Positions 1 through 16,756 of a stretch of 64,000 nucleotides of DNA are shown one piece after another (within the stretch, counting starts at the first letter, position 1; each line of letters starts with the position of its first letter). The translations under genes were made by a program, and so were the position numbers. Origin of the DNA: Eledone cirrhosa (taxonomy: Eukaryota); the NCBI GenBank assembly GCA_964016885.1, contig OZ024743.1:206522001-206586000 (forward strand). The letters are read 5' to 3'. The notes under the pieces were generated by a model that was not told the origin of the DNA, did not search any database, and saw nothing but the letters and a program-made list of their open reading frames with translations.

Positions 1-1147
1 CACAACTACTGTAAGCCCACTGTATCAACAGCATAGTCATAACTAGTCTAAGACCACCGTGTCAAAACCATAGTCACAACTACAGTAAGACCACTGTATC
101 AACACCATAGTCATAACTACCGTAACACCACTACATCAACACCATAGTCATAAGACCACTGTATCAACACCATAGTCACAACTAATGTAAGTCCACTGTA
201 TCAACACCATAGTCATAACTACGGTAAGACCTCTGTATCAACACCATAGTCATAAGACCACTGTATCAACACCATTAGTCACAACTACTGTAATACCACT
301 GTACCAACACCATAGTCACAACTACTGTAAGACCACTGTATCAACACCATAGTCATAAGACCACTGTATCAACACCATAGTCACAACTACTGTAAGACAA
401 CTGTATCTACACCATAGTCACAACTACTGTAAGAACACTGTATCAGCACCACAGTTATAACTACCGTAACACCACTGTATCAACATCACAGTCACAACTA
501 CTGTAAGATCACTGTATCAACACCACAGCTACAACTACTGTAAGACCACTGTATCAACACCACAGCCACAACTACTGTAAGACCACTGATTCAACACCGT
601 AGTCACAACTACTGTAAGACCACTGTATCAACACCACAGTCAGAACGTCTGTAAGACCACTGTATCAACACAAAATTCACAACTGCTGTAAGCCTACTGT
701 ATCAACACCATAGTCACAACTACTGTAAGACCACTGCATCAACACCATAGTCACAACGTCTGTAATACCAATGTATCAACACCATAGTCACAACTACTGT
801 AAGACCACTGTATAAACACCATAGTCATAACTACCGTAAGACCACTGTATCAACACCATAGTCATAACTACTGTAAGACCACTGTATAAAATCCATAGTC
901 ACAACTACTGTAAGACCACTGTATCAACAATACAGTCACAACTACTCTAAGACCACTGTATCAACACCACAGTCACAACTACTGTAAGACCACTGTATCA
1001 ACACCATAGTCATATCTACCGTAATACCACTGTATCAACACCATAGTCATAAGACCACTGTATGAACACCATAGTCACAACTACTGTAAGACCATTGTAT
1101 CAACACCATAGTCATAACTACTGTAAGACCACTGTATCAACACCATA
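1..1147 (+). repeat. Block duplicated at 10614-11760 (offset 10613)
   Basis: Shared rare variants at a constant offset: CTAGTCTAAG, CCGTGTCAAAA, GTACCAAC (301/10914), CATATCTACC. Confidence 0.85.
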
Positions 1148-2690
1148 ATCACAACCACTGTAATACCACTGTATCAACACTATAGTCACAACTACTGTAA
1201 GACCACTGTATCAACACTATAGTCACAACTACTGTAAGACCACTGTATCAACACCATAGTCGCAACTACCGTAAGACCACTGTATCAGCACCACATTCAC
1301 AACTACTGTAAGACCACTGTATCAACACCATAGTGACAACTACTGTAAGACCACTGTATTAACACCATATTCACAACTAGTGTAAGACCACTGTATCAAC
1401 ACCATAGTCATAACTACCGTAAGACGACTGTATCAACACCATAGTCATAAGACCACTGTATCAACACCATAGTGACAATTATTGTAAGACCACTGTATCA
1501 ACACCACAGTAACAACTACAGTAAGACCACTGTATCAACACCATAGTCATAACTATTGTAAGACCACTGTATCAACACCATAGTCACAACTATTGTAAGA
1601 CCAATGTATCAACACCACAGTCACAACTACAGTAAGACCACTTTATCAACACCATATTCACAACTACTGTAAGACCACTGTATCAACACCATATTCACAA
1701 CTACTGTAAGACCACTGTATCAACACCATAGTCATAAGACCACTGTATAAACCCCATAGTCACAACTACTGTAAGACCACTGTATCTACACCATATACAC
1801 AACTATAGTAAAACACTGTATCAACACAACAGTTATAACTACTGTAAGACCACTGTATCAACATCACAGTCACAACTACTGTAAGCCCACTGTATCAACA
1901 GCATAGTCATAACTACTCTAAGACCACCGTATCAAAACCATAGTCACAACTACAGTAAGACCACTGTATCAACACCATAGTCATAACTACCGTAACACCA
2001 CTACATCAACACCATAGTCATAAGACCACTGTATCAACACCATAGTCACAACTAATGTAAGTCCACTGTATCAACACCATAGTCATAACTACGGTAAGAC
2101 CGCTGTATCAACACCATAGTCATAAGACCACTGTATCAACACCATTAGTCACAACTACTGTAATACCACTGTATCAACACCATAGTCACAACTACTGTAA
2201 GACCACTGTATCAACACCATAGTCACAACTATAGTAAGACCAGTGTGTCAGCAGCACGGTCACAAATACTGTAAGACCACTGTATGAACACCATAGACAT
2301 AACTACCGTAAGACCACTGTATCAACACAATAATCCTAAGACCATTGTATCAACACCATAGTTACAACTACTGTAAGACTATTGTATCAACACCATAGTC
2401 ACAATAACTGTAAGAACACTGTATCAACACCACAGTCATAACTACTGTAAGACCACTGTATCAACACCATAGTCATAACTAATGTAAGACCACCGTTTCA
2501 ACACCATAGTCACAACTACTGTAAGACCACTGTATCAGTGGTCTTACAGTAGTTATGAGTGTAAGACCACTGTATGAACACCATAGTCATAACTACCGTA
2601 AGACCACTGTATCAATACCATAGTCATAACTAATGTAAGACCACTGTATAAACACCATATTCACAACTACTTTAAGACAACTGTATCAAC
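1141..2690 (+). repeat. ~1.55-kb block present three times (also ~6936-8490 and ~17839-19380), each carrying a GAGT-type palindrome
   Basis: Marker ACAACCACTGTAATACC at 1151/6946/17849; palindromes at 2508/8304/19207 (offsets 5795-5796 and 16698-16699). Confidence 0.85.
2508..2560. repeat. Inverted repeat/palindrome copy 1 (25-bp arms, TAT loop; GAGT-end type)
   Basis: AGTCACAACTACTGTAAGACCACTG-TAT-CAGTGGTCTTACAGTAGTTATGAGT; the inner 19 bp are perfectly complementary. Confidence 0.95.
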
Positions 2691-5600
2691 ACCATAGTCA
2701 CAATAACTGTAAGAACACTGTATCAACACCACAGTCATAACTACTGTAATACCACTGTATCTACACCACAGTCACAACTACAGTAAGACCACTGTATCAA
2801 CACCACAGTCACAACTATTGTAAGATCACTGTATCAACACCACAGTCACAACTACTGTAAGACAACTGTATCAACACCACAACCATAACTACTGTAAGAC
2901 CACTGTATCAACACCACAGTCATAACTACTCTAAGACCACTGTATCAACACCACAGCCACAACTACTGTAAGACCACTGTATAAACACCATAGTCACAAC
3001 TACTGTAAGACCACTGTATGAACACCATAGTCATAACTACCGTAAGACCACTGTATCAACACCATAGTCATAACTAATGTAAGACCACTGTATCAACACC
3101 ATAGTCACAACTACAGTAAGACCACTGTATAAACACCACAGTCATAAGTACTGTAAGACCAATGTATCAACACCACAGTCACAACTACTGTAAAACCACT
3201 GTATCAACTCCACAGTCACAACTACTGCAAGACCACTGTATCAACACCACAACCACAACTACTGTAAGACCACTGTATCAACACCACAGTCATAACTACT
3301 CTAAGACCACTGTATCAACACCACAGCCACAACTACTGTAAGACCACTGTATCAACACCATAATCACAACTACTGTAATACCACTGTATCAACACCATAA
3401 TCACAACTACTGTAATACCACTGTATCAACACCATAGTCACAACTACTGTAAGACCACTGTATCAACACCATAGTCACAACTACTGTAAGACCACTGTAT
3501 CAACACCATAGTCGCAACTACTCTAAGACCACTGTATCAGCACCACAGTCACAACTACTGTAAGACCACTGTATCAACACCATAGTCACAAGTACTGTAA
3601 GACCACTGTATTAACATCATATTCACAACTACTGTAAGACGACTGTATCAACACCATAGTCACAACTACTGTAAGACACCTGTATCAACACCATAGTCAT
3701 AACTACCGTAAGGCCACTCTATCAACACCATAGTCATAACTACTGTAAGACCACTGTATAAAATCCATAGTCACAACTACTAAAAGACCACTGTATCAAC
3801 AATACAGTCACAACTACTCTAAGACCACTGTATCAACACCACAGTCACAACTACTGTAAGACCACTGTATCAACACCATAGTCATAACTACCGTAAGACC
3901 AATGTATCAACACCATAGTCATAAGACCACTGTATCAACACCATAGTCACAACTACTGTAAGACCAGTGTATCAACACCATAGTCATAACTACTGTAAGA
4001 CCACTGTATCAACACCATAGTCATAACTACCGTAAGACCACTGTATCAGCACCATAGTCATAAGACCACTGTATCAACACCATAGTCACAACTACTGTAA
4101 GACCACTGTATCAACACCATAGTCATAACTACTGTAAGAATACTGTATCAACACCATAGTCACAACTATTGTAAGACCACTGTATCAACACCACAGTCAC
4201 AACTACAGTAAGACCACTTTATAAAAACCATAGTCACAACTACTGTAAGACCACTGTATCAACACCATAGTCATAACTAATGTAAGACCACTGTATCAAC
4301 ACCATAGTCACAACTACAGCAAGACCACTGTATAAACACCACAGTCATAACTACTGTAAGACCACTGTATCAACACCACAGTCACAACTATTGTAAGACC
4401 ACTGTATCAACACCACAACCACAACTACTGTAAGACGACTGTATCAACACCACAATCATAACTACTCTAAGACCACTGTATCAACACCACAGCCACAACT
4501 ACTGTAAGACCACTGTATCAACACCATAATCACAACTACTGTAAAACCACTGTATCAACACCATAGTCACAACTACTGTAAGACCACTGTATCAACACTA
4601 TAGTCACAACTACTGTAAGACCACTGTATCAACACCATAGTCGCAACTACCGTAAGACCACTGTATCAGCACCACAGTCACAACTACTGTAAGACCACTG
4701 TATCAACACCATAGTGACAACTACCGTAAGACCACCGTATTATCACCATATTCACAACTAGTGTAAGACCACTGTATCAACACCATAGTCATAACTACCG
4801 TAAGACGACTGTATCAACACCATAGTCATAAGACCACTGTATCAACACCATAGTGACAATTATTGTAAGAGCACTGTATCAACACCACAGTCACAACTAC
4901 AATAAGATCACTGTATCAACACCATAGTCATAACTACTGTAAGACTACTGTATCAACACTATAGTCACAACTATTGTAAGACCAATGTATCAACACCACA
5001 GTCACAACTACAGTAAGACCACTTTATCAACACCATATTCACAACTACTGTAAGACCACTGTATCAACACCATAGTCACAACTACTGTAAGACCACTGTA
5101 TCAACACCATAGTCATAAGACCACTGTATAAACCCCATAGTCACAACGACTGTAAGACCACTGTATCTACACCATAGTCACAACTACTGTAATCCCACTG
5201 TATCAACAGCATAGTCATAACTACTCTAAGACCACCGTATCAAAACCATAGTCACAACTACAGTAAGACCACTGTATCAACACCATAGTCATAACTACCG
5301 TAACACCACTACATCAACACCATAGTCATAAGACCACTGTATAAACACCATAGTCACAACTAATGTGAGTCCACTGTATCAACACCATAGTCATAACTAC
5401 GGTAAGACCTCTGTATCAACACCATAGTCATAAGACCACTGTATCAACACCATTAGTCACAACTACTGTAATACCACTGTATCAACACCATAGTCACAAC
5501 TACTGTAAGACCACTGTATCAACACCATAGTCACAACTACTGTCAGACCAGTGTGTCAGCAGCACGGTCACAAATACTGTAAGACCACTGTATGAACACC

Positions 5601-5809
5601 ATAGACATAACTACCGTAAGACCACTGTATCAACAAAATAATCCTAAGACCATTGTATCAACACCATAGTTACAACTACTGTAAGACTATTGTATCAACA
5701 CCATAGTCACAATAACTGTAAGAACACTGTATCAACACCACAATAACTGTAAGACCACTGTATCAACACCATATTCATAACTAATGTAAGACCACTGCAT
5801 CAACACCAT

Positions 5810-5862
5810 AGTCACAACTACTGTAAGACCACTGTATCAGTGGTCTTACAGTAGTTATGACT
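5810..5862. repeat. Inverted repeat/palindrome copy 2 (GACT-end type)
   Basis: AGTCACAACTACTGTAAGACCACTG-TAT-CAGTGGTCTTACAGTAGTTATGACT; 24 of 25 positions pair. Confidence 0.95.
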
Positions 5863-8303
5863 GTAAGACCACTGTATGAACACCATAGTCATAACTACCG
5901 TAAGACCACTGTGTCAATACCATAGTCATAACTAATGTAAGACCACTGTATAAACACCATAGTCACAACTACTTTAAGACCACTGTATCAACACAATAGT
6001 CACAATAACTGTAAGAACACTGTATCAACACCACAGTCATAACTACTGTAAGACCACTGTATCAACACCACAGTCACAACTACAGTAAGACCACTGTATC
6101 AACACCACAGTCACAACTACTGTAAGACCACTGTATCAACACCACAGTCACAACTACTGTAAGACAACTGTATCAACACCACAACCATAACTACTGTAAG
6201 ACCACTGTATCAACACCACAGTCATAACTACTCTAACACCACTGTAGCAACACCATAGTCACAACTACTGTAAGACCACTGTATAAAAGCCAGAGTCACA
6301 ACTACTGTAAGACCACTGTATCAACAACACAGTCACAACTACTCTAAGACCACTGTATCAACACCACAGTCGCAACTACTGTAAGCCCACTGTATCAACA
6401 GCATAGTCATAACTACACTACGACCACCGTATCAAAACCATAGTCACAACTACTGTAAGACCACTGTATCAACACCATAGTCATAAGACCACTGTATCAA
6501 CACCATAGTCACAACTACTGTAAGACCACTGTATCAACACCATAGTCACAACTATTGTAAGACCACTGTATCAACATCACAGTCACAACTACAGTAAGAC
6601 CACTGTATAAACACCATAGTCACAACTACTGTAAGACCGCTGTATCAACACCATAGTCATAAGACCATTGTATCAACACCATAGTCACACCTACAGTAAG
6701 ACCACTGTATAAACACCACAGTCATAACTACTGTAAGACCACTGTATCAACACCACAGTCACAACTACTGTAAGACCACTGTATCAACACCACAGTCACA
6801 ACTACTGTAAGACCACTGTATCAACACCACAACCACAACTACTGTAAGACCACTGTATCAACACCACAGTCATAACTACTCTAAGACCACTATATCAACA
6901 CCACAGCCACAACTACTGTAAGACCACTGTATCAACACCATAATCACAACCACTGTAATACCACTGTATCAACACTATAGTCACAACTACTGTAAGACCA
7001 CTGTATCAACACTATAGTCACAACTACTGTAAGACCACTGTATCAACACCATAGTCGCAACTACCGTAAGACCACTGTATCAGCACCACATTCACAACTA
7101 CTGTAAGACCACTGTATCAACACCATAGTGACAACTACTGTAAGACCACTGTATTAACACCATATTCACAACTAGTGTAAGACCACTGTATCAACACCAT
7201 AGTCATAACTACCGTAAGACGACTGTATCAACACCATAGTCATAAGACCACTGTATCAACACCATAGTGACAATTATTGTAAGACCACTGTATCAACACC
7301 ACAGTCACAACTACAGTAAGACCACTGTATCAACACCATAGTCATAACTATTGTAAGACCACTGTATCAACACCATAGTCACAACTATTGTAAGACCAAT
7401 GTATCAACACCACAGTCACAACTACAGTAAGACCACTTTATCAACACCATATTCACAACTACTGTAAGACCACTGTATCAACACCATATTCACAACTACT
7501 GTAAGACCACTGTATCAACACCATAGTCATAAGACCACTGTATAAACCCCATAGTCACAACTACTGTAAGACCACTGTATCTACACCATATACACAACTA
7601 TAGTAAGAACACTGTATCAACACAACAGTTATAACTACTGTAAGACCACTGTATCAACATCACAGTCACAACTACTGTAAGCCCACTGTATCAACAGCAT
7701 AGTCATAACTACTCTAAGACCACCGTATCAAAACCATAGTCACAACTACAGTAAGACCACTGTATCAACACCATAGTCATAACTACCGTAACACCACTAC
7801 ATCAACACCATAGTCATAAGACCACTGTATCAACACCATAGTCACAACTAATGTAAGTCCACTGTATCAACACCATAGTCATAACTACGGTAAGACCGCT
7901 GTATCAACACCATAGTCATAAGACCACTGTATCAACACCATTAGTCACAACTACTGTAATACCACTGTATCAACACCATAGTCACAACTACTGTAAGACC
8001 ACTGTATCAACACCATAGTCACAACTATAGTAAGACCAGTGTGTCAGCAGCACGGTCACAAATACTGTAAGACCACTGTATGAACACCATAGACATAACT
8101 ACCGTAAGACCACTGTATCAACACAATAATCCTAAGACCATTGTATCAACACCATAGTTACAACTACTGTAAGACTATTGTATCAACACCATAGTCACAA
8201 TAACTGTAAGAACACTGTATCAACACCACAGTCATAACTACTGTAAGACCACTGTATCAACACCATAGTCATAACTAATGTAAGACCACCGTTTCAACAC
8301 CAT

Positions 8304-8356
8304 AGTCACAACTACTGTAAGACCACTGTATCAGTGGTCTTACAGTAGTTATGAGT
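8304..8356. repeat. Inverted repeat/palindrome copy 3 (GAGT-end type)
   Basis: Same sequence as copy 1; right arm 8332-8356. Confidence 0.95.
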
Positions 8357-11300
8357 GTAAGACCACTGTATGAACACCATAGTCATAACTACCGTAAGAC
8401 CACTGTATCAATACCATAGTCATAACTAATGTAAGACCACTGTATAAACACCATATTCACAACTACTTTAAGACAACTGTATCAACACCACAGTCACAAC
8501 TATTGTAAGATCACTGTATCAACACCACAGTCACAACTACTGTAAGACAACTGTATCAACACCACAACCATAACTACTGTAAGACCACTGTATCAACACC
8601 ACAGTCATAACTACTCTAAGACCACTGTATCAACACCACAGCCACAACTACTGTAAGACCACTGTATAAACACCATAGTCACAACTACTGTAAGACCACT
8701 GTATGAACACCATAGTCATAACTACCGTAAGACCACTGTATCAACACCATAGTCATAACTAATGTAAGACCACTGTATCAACACCATAGTCACAACTACA
8801 GTAAGACCACTGTATAAACACCACAGTCATAAGTACTGTAAGACCAATGTATCAACACCACAGTCACAACTACTGTAAAACCACTGTATCAACTCCACAG
8901 TCACAACTACTGCAAGACCACTGTATCAACACCACAACCACAACTACTGTAAGACCACTGTATCAACACCACAGTCATAACTACTCTAAGACCACTGTAT
9001 CAACACCACAGCCACAACTACTGTAAGACCACTGTATCAACACCATAATCACAACTACTGTAATACCACTGTATCAACACCATAATCACAACTACTGTAA
9101 TACCACTGTATCAACACCATAGTCACAACTACTGTAAGACCACTGTATCAACACCATAGTCACAACTACTGTAAGACCACTGTATCAACACCATAGTCGC
9201 AACTACTCTAAGACCACTGTATCAGCACCACAGTCACAACTACTGTAAGACCACTGTATCAACACCATAGTCACAAGTACTGTAAGACCACTGTATTAAC
9301 ACCATATTCACAACTAGTGTAAGACGACTGTATCAACACCATAGTAACAACTACTGTAAGACACCTGTATCAACACCATAGTCATAACTACCGTAAGGCC
9401 ACTCTATCAACACCATAGTCATAACTACTGTAAGACCACTGTATAAAATCCATAGTCACAACTACTGTAAGACCACTGTATCAACAATACAGTCACAACT
9501 ACTCTAAGACCAATGTATCAACACCATAATCACAACTACTGTAATACCACTGTATCAACACCATAGTCACAACTACTGTAAGACCACTGTATCAACACCA
9601 TAGTCATAACTACTGTAAGATCACTGTATCAACACTATAGTCACAACTATTGTAAGACCAATGTATCAACACCACAGTCACAACTACTGTAAGACCACTG
9701 TATCAACACCATAGTCATAACTACCGTAAGACCACTGTATCAGCACCATAGTCATAAGACCACTGTATCAACACCATAGTCACAACTACTGTAAGACCAC
9801 TGTATCAACACCACAGTCATAACTACTCTAAGACCATTGTATCAACACCACAGCCACAACTACTGTAAGACCACTGTATCAACACCATAATCACAACTAC
9901 CGTAATACCACTGTATCAACACCATAGTCACAACTACTGTAAGACCACTGTATCAACACTATAGTCACAACTACTGTAAGACCACAGTATCAACACCATG
10001 GTCGCAACTACCGTAAGACCACTGTATCAGCACCACAGTCACAACTACTGTAAGACCACTGTATCAACACCATAGTGACAACTACTGTAAGACCACTGTA
10101 TTAACACCATATTCACAACTAGTGTAAGACCACTGTATCAACACCATATTCATAACTACCGTAAGACGACTGTATCAACACCATAGTCATAAGACCACTG
10201 TATCAACACCATAGTGACAATTATTGTAAGACCACTGTATCAACACCACAGTCACAACTACAGTAAGACCACTGTATCAACACCATAGTCATAACTACTG
10301 TAAGACCACTGTATCAACACCATAGTCACAACTATTGTAAGACCAATGTATCAACACCACAGTCACAACTACAGTAAGACCTGTTTATCAACACCATATT
10401 CACAACTACTGTAAGACCACTGTATCAACACCATAGTCACAACTACTGTAAGACCACTGTATCAACACCATAGTCATAAGACTACTGTATAAACCCCATA
10501 GTCACAACTACTGTAAGACCACTGTATCTACACCATAGTCACAACTACTGTAAGAACACTGTTTCAACACAACAGTTATAACTACTGTAAGACCACTGTA
10601 TCAACATCACAGTCACAACTACTGTAAGCCCACTGTATCAACAGCATAGTCATAACTAGTCTAAGACCACCGTGTCAAAACCATAGTCACAACTACAGTA
10701 AGACCACTGTATCAACACCATAGTCATAACTACCGTAACACCACTACATCAACACCATAGTCATAAGACCACTGTATCAACACCATAGTCACAACTAATG
10801 TAAGTCCACTGTATCAACACCATAGTCATAACTACGGTAAGACCTCTGTATCAACACCATAGTCATAAGACCACTGTATCAACACCATTAGTCACAACTA
10901 CTGTAATACCACTGTACCAACACCATAGTCACAACTACTGTAAGACCACTGTATCAACACCATAGTCATAAGACCACTGTATCAACACCATAGTCACAAC
11001 TACTGTAAGACAACTGTATCTACACCATAGTCACAACTACTGTAAGAACACTGTATCAGCACCACAGTTATAACTACCGTAACACCACTGTATCAACATC
11101 ACAGTCACAACTACTGTAAGATCACTGTATCAACACCACAGCTACAACTACTGTAAGACCACTGTATCAACACCACAGCCACAACTACTGTAAGACCACT
11201 GATTCAACACCGTAGTCACAACTACTGTAAGACCACTGTATCAACACCACAGTCAGAACGTCTGTAAGACCACTGTATCAACACAAAATTCACAACTGCT

Positions 11301-14300
11301 GTAAGCCTACTGTATCAACACCATAGTCACAACTACTGTAAGACCACTGCATCAACACCATAGTCACAACGTCTGTAATACCAATGTATCAACACCATAG
11401 TCACAACTACTGTAAGACCACTGTATAAACACCATAGTCATAACTACCGTAAGACCACTGTATCAACACCATAGTCATAACTACTGTAAGACCACTGTAT
11501 AAAATCCATAGTCACAACTACTGTAAGACCACTGTATCAACAATACAGTCACAACTACTCTAAGACCACTGTATCAACACCACAGTCACAACTACTGTAA
11601 GACCACTGTATCAACACCATAGTCATATCTACCGTAATACCACTGTATCAACACCATAGTCATAAGACCACTGTATGAACACCATAGTCACAACTACTGT
11701 AAGACCATTGTATCAACACCATAGTCATAACTACTGTAAGACCACTGTATCAACACCATAGACATAAGACCACTGTATCAACACCATAGTCACAACTACT
11801 GTAATACCACTGTATCAACACCATAGTCACAACTACTTTAAGACCACTGTATCAACACCATAGTCATAACTACCGTAAGACTACTGTATCAACACCATAG
11901 TCACAACTACTGTAAGACCACTGTATCAACACCATAGTCATGACTACTGTAAGAACACTGTATCAACACCATAGTCACAACTATTGTAAGACCACTGTAT
12001 CAACACCACAGTCACAACTAAAGTAAGACCACTGTATAAACACCATAGTCACAACTACTGTAAGACCACTGTATGAACACCATAGTCATAACTACCGTAA
12101 GACCACTGTATCAACACCATAGTCATAACTAATGTAAGACCACTGTATCAACACCATAGTCACAACTACAGTAAGACCACTGTATAAACACCACAGTCAT
12201 AAGTACTGTAAGACCAATGTATCAACACCACAGTCACAACTACTGTAAAACCACTGTATCAACTCCACAGTCACAACTACTGCAAGACCACTGTATCAAC
12301 ACCACAACCACAACTACTGTAAGACCACTGTATCAACACCACAGTCATAACTACTCTAAGACCACTGTATCAACACCACAGCCACAACTACTGTAAGACC
12401 ACTGTATCAACACCATAATCACAACTACTGTAATACCACTGTATCAACACCATAATCACAACTACTGTAATACCACTGTATCAACACCATAGTCACAACT
12501 ACTGTAAGACCACTGTATCAACACCATAGTCACAACTACTGTAAGACCACTGTATCAACACCATAGTCGCAACTACTCTAAGACCACAGTATCAGCACCA
12601 CAGTCACAACTACTGTAAGACCACTGTATCAACACCATAGTCACAAGTACTGTAAGACCACTGTATTAACACCATATTCACAACTACTGTAAGACGACTG
12701 TATCAACACCATAGTCACAACTACTGTAAGACACCTGTATCAACACCATAGTCATAACTACCGTAAGGCCACTCTATCAACACCATAGTCATAACTACTG
12801 TAAACCACTGTATAAAATCCATAGTCACAACTACTAAAAGACCACTGTATCAACAATACAGTCACAACTACTCTAAGACCACTGTATCAACACCACAGTC
12901 ACAACTACTGTAAGACCACTGTATCAACACCATAGTCATAACTACCGTAAGACCAATGTATCAACACCATAGTCATAAGACCACTGTATCAACACCATAG
13001 TCACAACTACTGTAAGACCAGTGTATCAACACCATAGTCATAACTACTGTAAGACCACTGTATCAACACCATAGTCATAAGACCACTGCATCAACACCAT
13101 AGTCACAACTACTGTAATACCACTGTATCAACACCATAGTCACAACTACTGTAAGACCACTGTATCAACACCATAGTCATAACTACCGTAAGACCACTGT
13201 ATCAGCACCATAGTCATAAGACCACTGTATCATCACCATAGTCACAACTACTGTAAGACCACTGTATCAACACCATAGTCATAACTACTGTAAGAATACT
13301 GTATCAACACCATAGTCACAACTATTGTAAGACCACTGTATCAACACCACAGTCACAACTACAGTAAGACCACTGTATAAAAACCATAGTCACAACTACT
13401 GTAAGACCACTGTATCAACACCATAGTCATAAATAATGTAAGACCACTGTATCAACACCATAGTCACAACTACAGTAAGACCACTGTATAAACACCACAG
13501 TCATAACTACTGTAAGACCACTGTATCAACACCACAGTCACAACTACTGTAAGACCACTGTATCAACACCACAGTCACAACTATTGTAAGACCACTGTAT
13601 CAACACCACAACCACAACTACTGTAAGACGACTGTATCAACACCACAGTCATAACTACTCTAAGACCACTGTATCAACACCACAGCCACAACTACTGTAA
13701 GACCACTGTATCAACACCATAATCACAACTACTGTAATACCACTGTATCAACACCATAGTCACAACTACTGTAAGACCACTGTATCAACACTATAGTCAC
13801 AACTACTGTAAGACCACTGTATCAACACCATAGTCGCAACTACCGTAAGACCACTGTATCAGCACCACAGTCACAACTACTGTAAGACCACTGTATCAAC
13901 ACCATAGTGACAACTACCGTAAGACCACTGTATTAACACCATATTCACAACTAGTGTAAGACCACTGTATCAACACCATAGTCATAACTACCGTAAGACG
14001 ACTGTATCAACACCATAGTCATAAGACCACTGTATCAACACCATAGTGACAATTATTGTAAGAGCACTGTATCAACACCACAGTCACAACTACAATAAGA
14101 CCACTGTATCAACACCATAGTCATAACTACTGTAAGACCACTGTATCAACACTATAGTCACAACTATTGTAAGACCAATGTATCAACACCACAGTCACAA
14201 CTACAATAAGACCACTTTATCAACACCATATTCACAACTACTGTAAGACCACTGTATCAACACCATAGTCACAACTACTGTAAGACCACTGTATCAACAC

Positions 14301-15002
14301 CATAGTCATAAGACCACTGTATAAACCCCATAGTCACAACGACTGTAAGACCACTGTATCTACACCATAGTCACAACTACTGTAATCCCACTGTATCAAT
14401 AGCATAGTCATAACTACTCTAAGACCACCGTATCAAAACCATAGTCACAACTACAGTAAGACCACTGTATCAACACCATAGTCATAACTACCGTAACACC
14501 ACTACATCAACACCATAGTCATAAGACCACTGTATAAACACCATAGTCACAACTAATGTAAGTCCACTGTATCAACACCATAGTCATAACTACGGTAAGA
14601 CCTCTGTATCAACACCATAGTCATAAGACCACTGTATCAACACCATTAGTCACAACTACTGTAATACCACTGTATCAACACCATAGTCACAACTACTGTA
14701 AGACCACTGTATCAACACCATAGTCACAACTACTGTCAGACCAGTGTGTCAGCAGCACGGTCACAAATACTGTAAGACCACTGTATGAACACCATAGACA
14801 TAACTACCGTAAGACCACTGTATCAACAAAATAATCCTAAGACCATTGTATCAACACCATAGTTACAACTACTGTAAGACTATTGTATCAACACCATAGT
14901 CACAATAACTGTAAGAACACTGTATCAACACCACAATAACTGTAAGACCACTGTATCAACACCATAGTCATAACTAATGTAAGACCACTGCATCAACACC
15001 AT

Positions 15003-15055
15003 AGTCACAACTACTGTAAGACCACTGTATCAGTGGTCTTACAGTAGTTATGACT
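15003..15055. repeat. Inverted repeat/palindrome copy 4 (GACT-end type)
   Basis: Same sequence as copy 2; right arm 15031-15055. Confidence 0.95.
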
Positions 15056-16703
15056 GTAAGACCACTGTATGAACACCATAGTCATAACTACCGTAAGACC
15101 ACTGTATCAATACCATAGTCATAACTAATGTAAGACCACTGTATAAACACCATAGTCACAACTACTTTAAGACCACTGTATCAACACAATAGTCACAATA
15201 ACTGTAAGAACACTGTATCAACACCACAGTCATAACTACTGTAAGACCACTGTATCAACACCACAGTCACAACTACAGTAAGACCACTGTATCAACACCA
15301 CAGTCACAACTACTGTAAGACCACTGTATCAACACCACAGTCACAACTACTGTAAGACAACTGTATCAACACCACAATCATAACTACTGTAAGACCACTG
15401 TATCAACACCACAGTCATAACTACTCTAACACCACTGTAGCAACACCATAGTCACAACTACTGTAAGACCACTGTATAAAAGCCAGAGTCACAACTACTG
15501 TAAGACCACTGTATCAACAACACAGGCACAACTACTCTAAGACCACTGTATCAACACCACAGTCGCAACTACTGTAAGCCCACTGTATCAACAGCATAGT
15601 CATAACTACACTACGACCACCGTATCAAAACCATAGTCACAACTACTGTAAGACCACTGTATCAACACCATAGTCATAAGACCACTGTATCAACACCATA
15701 GTCACAACTACTGTAAGACCACTGTATCAACACCATAGTCACAACTATTGTAAGACCACTGTATCAACACCACAGTCACAACTACAGTAAGACCACTGTA
15801 TAAACACCATAGTCACAACTACTGTAAGACCGCTGTATCAACACCATAGTCATAACTAATGTAAGACCACTGTATCAACACCATAGTCACACCTACAGTA
15901 AGACCACTGTATAAACACCACAGTCATAACTACTGTAAGACCACTGTATCAACACCACAGTCACAACTACTGTAAGACCACTGTATCAACACCACAGTCA
16001 CAACTACTGTAAGACCACTGTATCAACACCACAACCACAACTACTGTAAGACCACTGTATCTACACCATAGTCACAACTACTGTAATCCCACTGTATCAA
16101 CAGCATAGTCATAACTACTCTAAGACCACCGTATCAAAACCATAGTCACAACTACAGTAAGACCACTGTATCAACACCATAGTCATAACTACCGTAACAC
16201 CACTACATCAACACCATAGTCATAAGACCACTGTATAAACACCATAGTCACAACTAATGTAAGTCCACTGTATCAACACCATAGTCATAACTACGGTAAG
16301 ACCTCTGTATCAACACCATAGTCATAAGACCACTGTATCAACACCATTAGTCACAACTACTGTAATACCACTGTATCAACACCATAGTCACAACTACTGT
16401 AAGACCACTGTATCAACACCATAGTCACAACTACTGTCAGACCAGTGTGTCAGCAGCACGGTCACAAATACTGTAAGACCACTGTATGAACACCATAGAC
16501 ATAACTACCGTAAGACCACTGTATCAACAAAATAATCCTAAGACCATTGTATCAACACCATAGTTACAACTACTGTAAGACTATTGTATCAACACCATAG
16601 TCCCAATAACTGTAAGAACACTGTATCAACACCACAATAACTGTAAGACCACTGTATCAACACCATAGTCATAACTAATGTAAGACCACTGCATCAACAC
16701 CAT

Positions 16704-16756
16704 AGTCACAACTACTGTAAGACCACTGTATCAGTGGTCTTACAGTAGTTATGACT
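16704..16756. repeat. Inverted repeat/palindrome copy 5 (GACT-end type, followed by GGAAG)
   Basis: Right arm 16732-16756; lies 1701 bp downstream of copy 4. Confidence 0.95.

Noticed and set aside
271-280. Small indel variants (CACCATTAGTC +1; CAACACCAGTC -2 at e.g. ~39290 and ~55770; 11-bp deletion at ~51715)
   Set aside because: These are ordinary slippage mutations carried along by block duplications. They are useful only as lineage markers.
811-817. TATA-box-like TATAAA motifs in variant monomers
   Set aside because: A single C>A change of TATCAA generates them, and there is no downstream gene or other promoter context.
2508-2560. Rho-independent terminator, MITE or pre-miRNA gene at the palindromes
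   Set aside because: There is no upstream gene or poly-T tail, no target-site duplication and no internal sequence. Both arms are just satellite monomer sequence.
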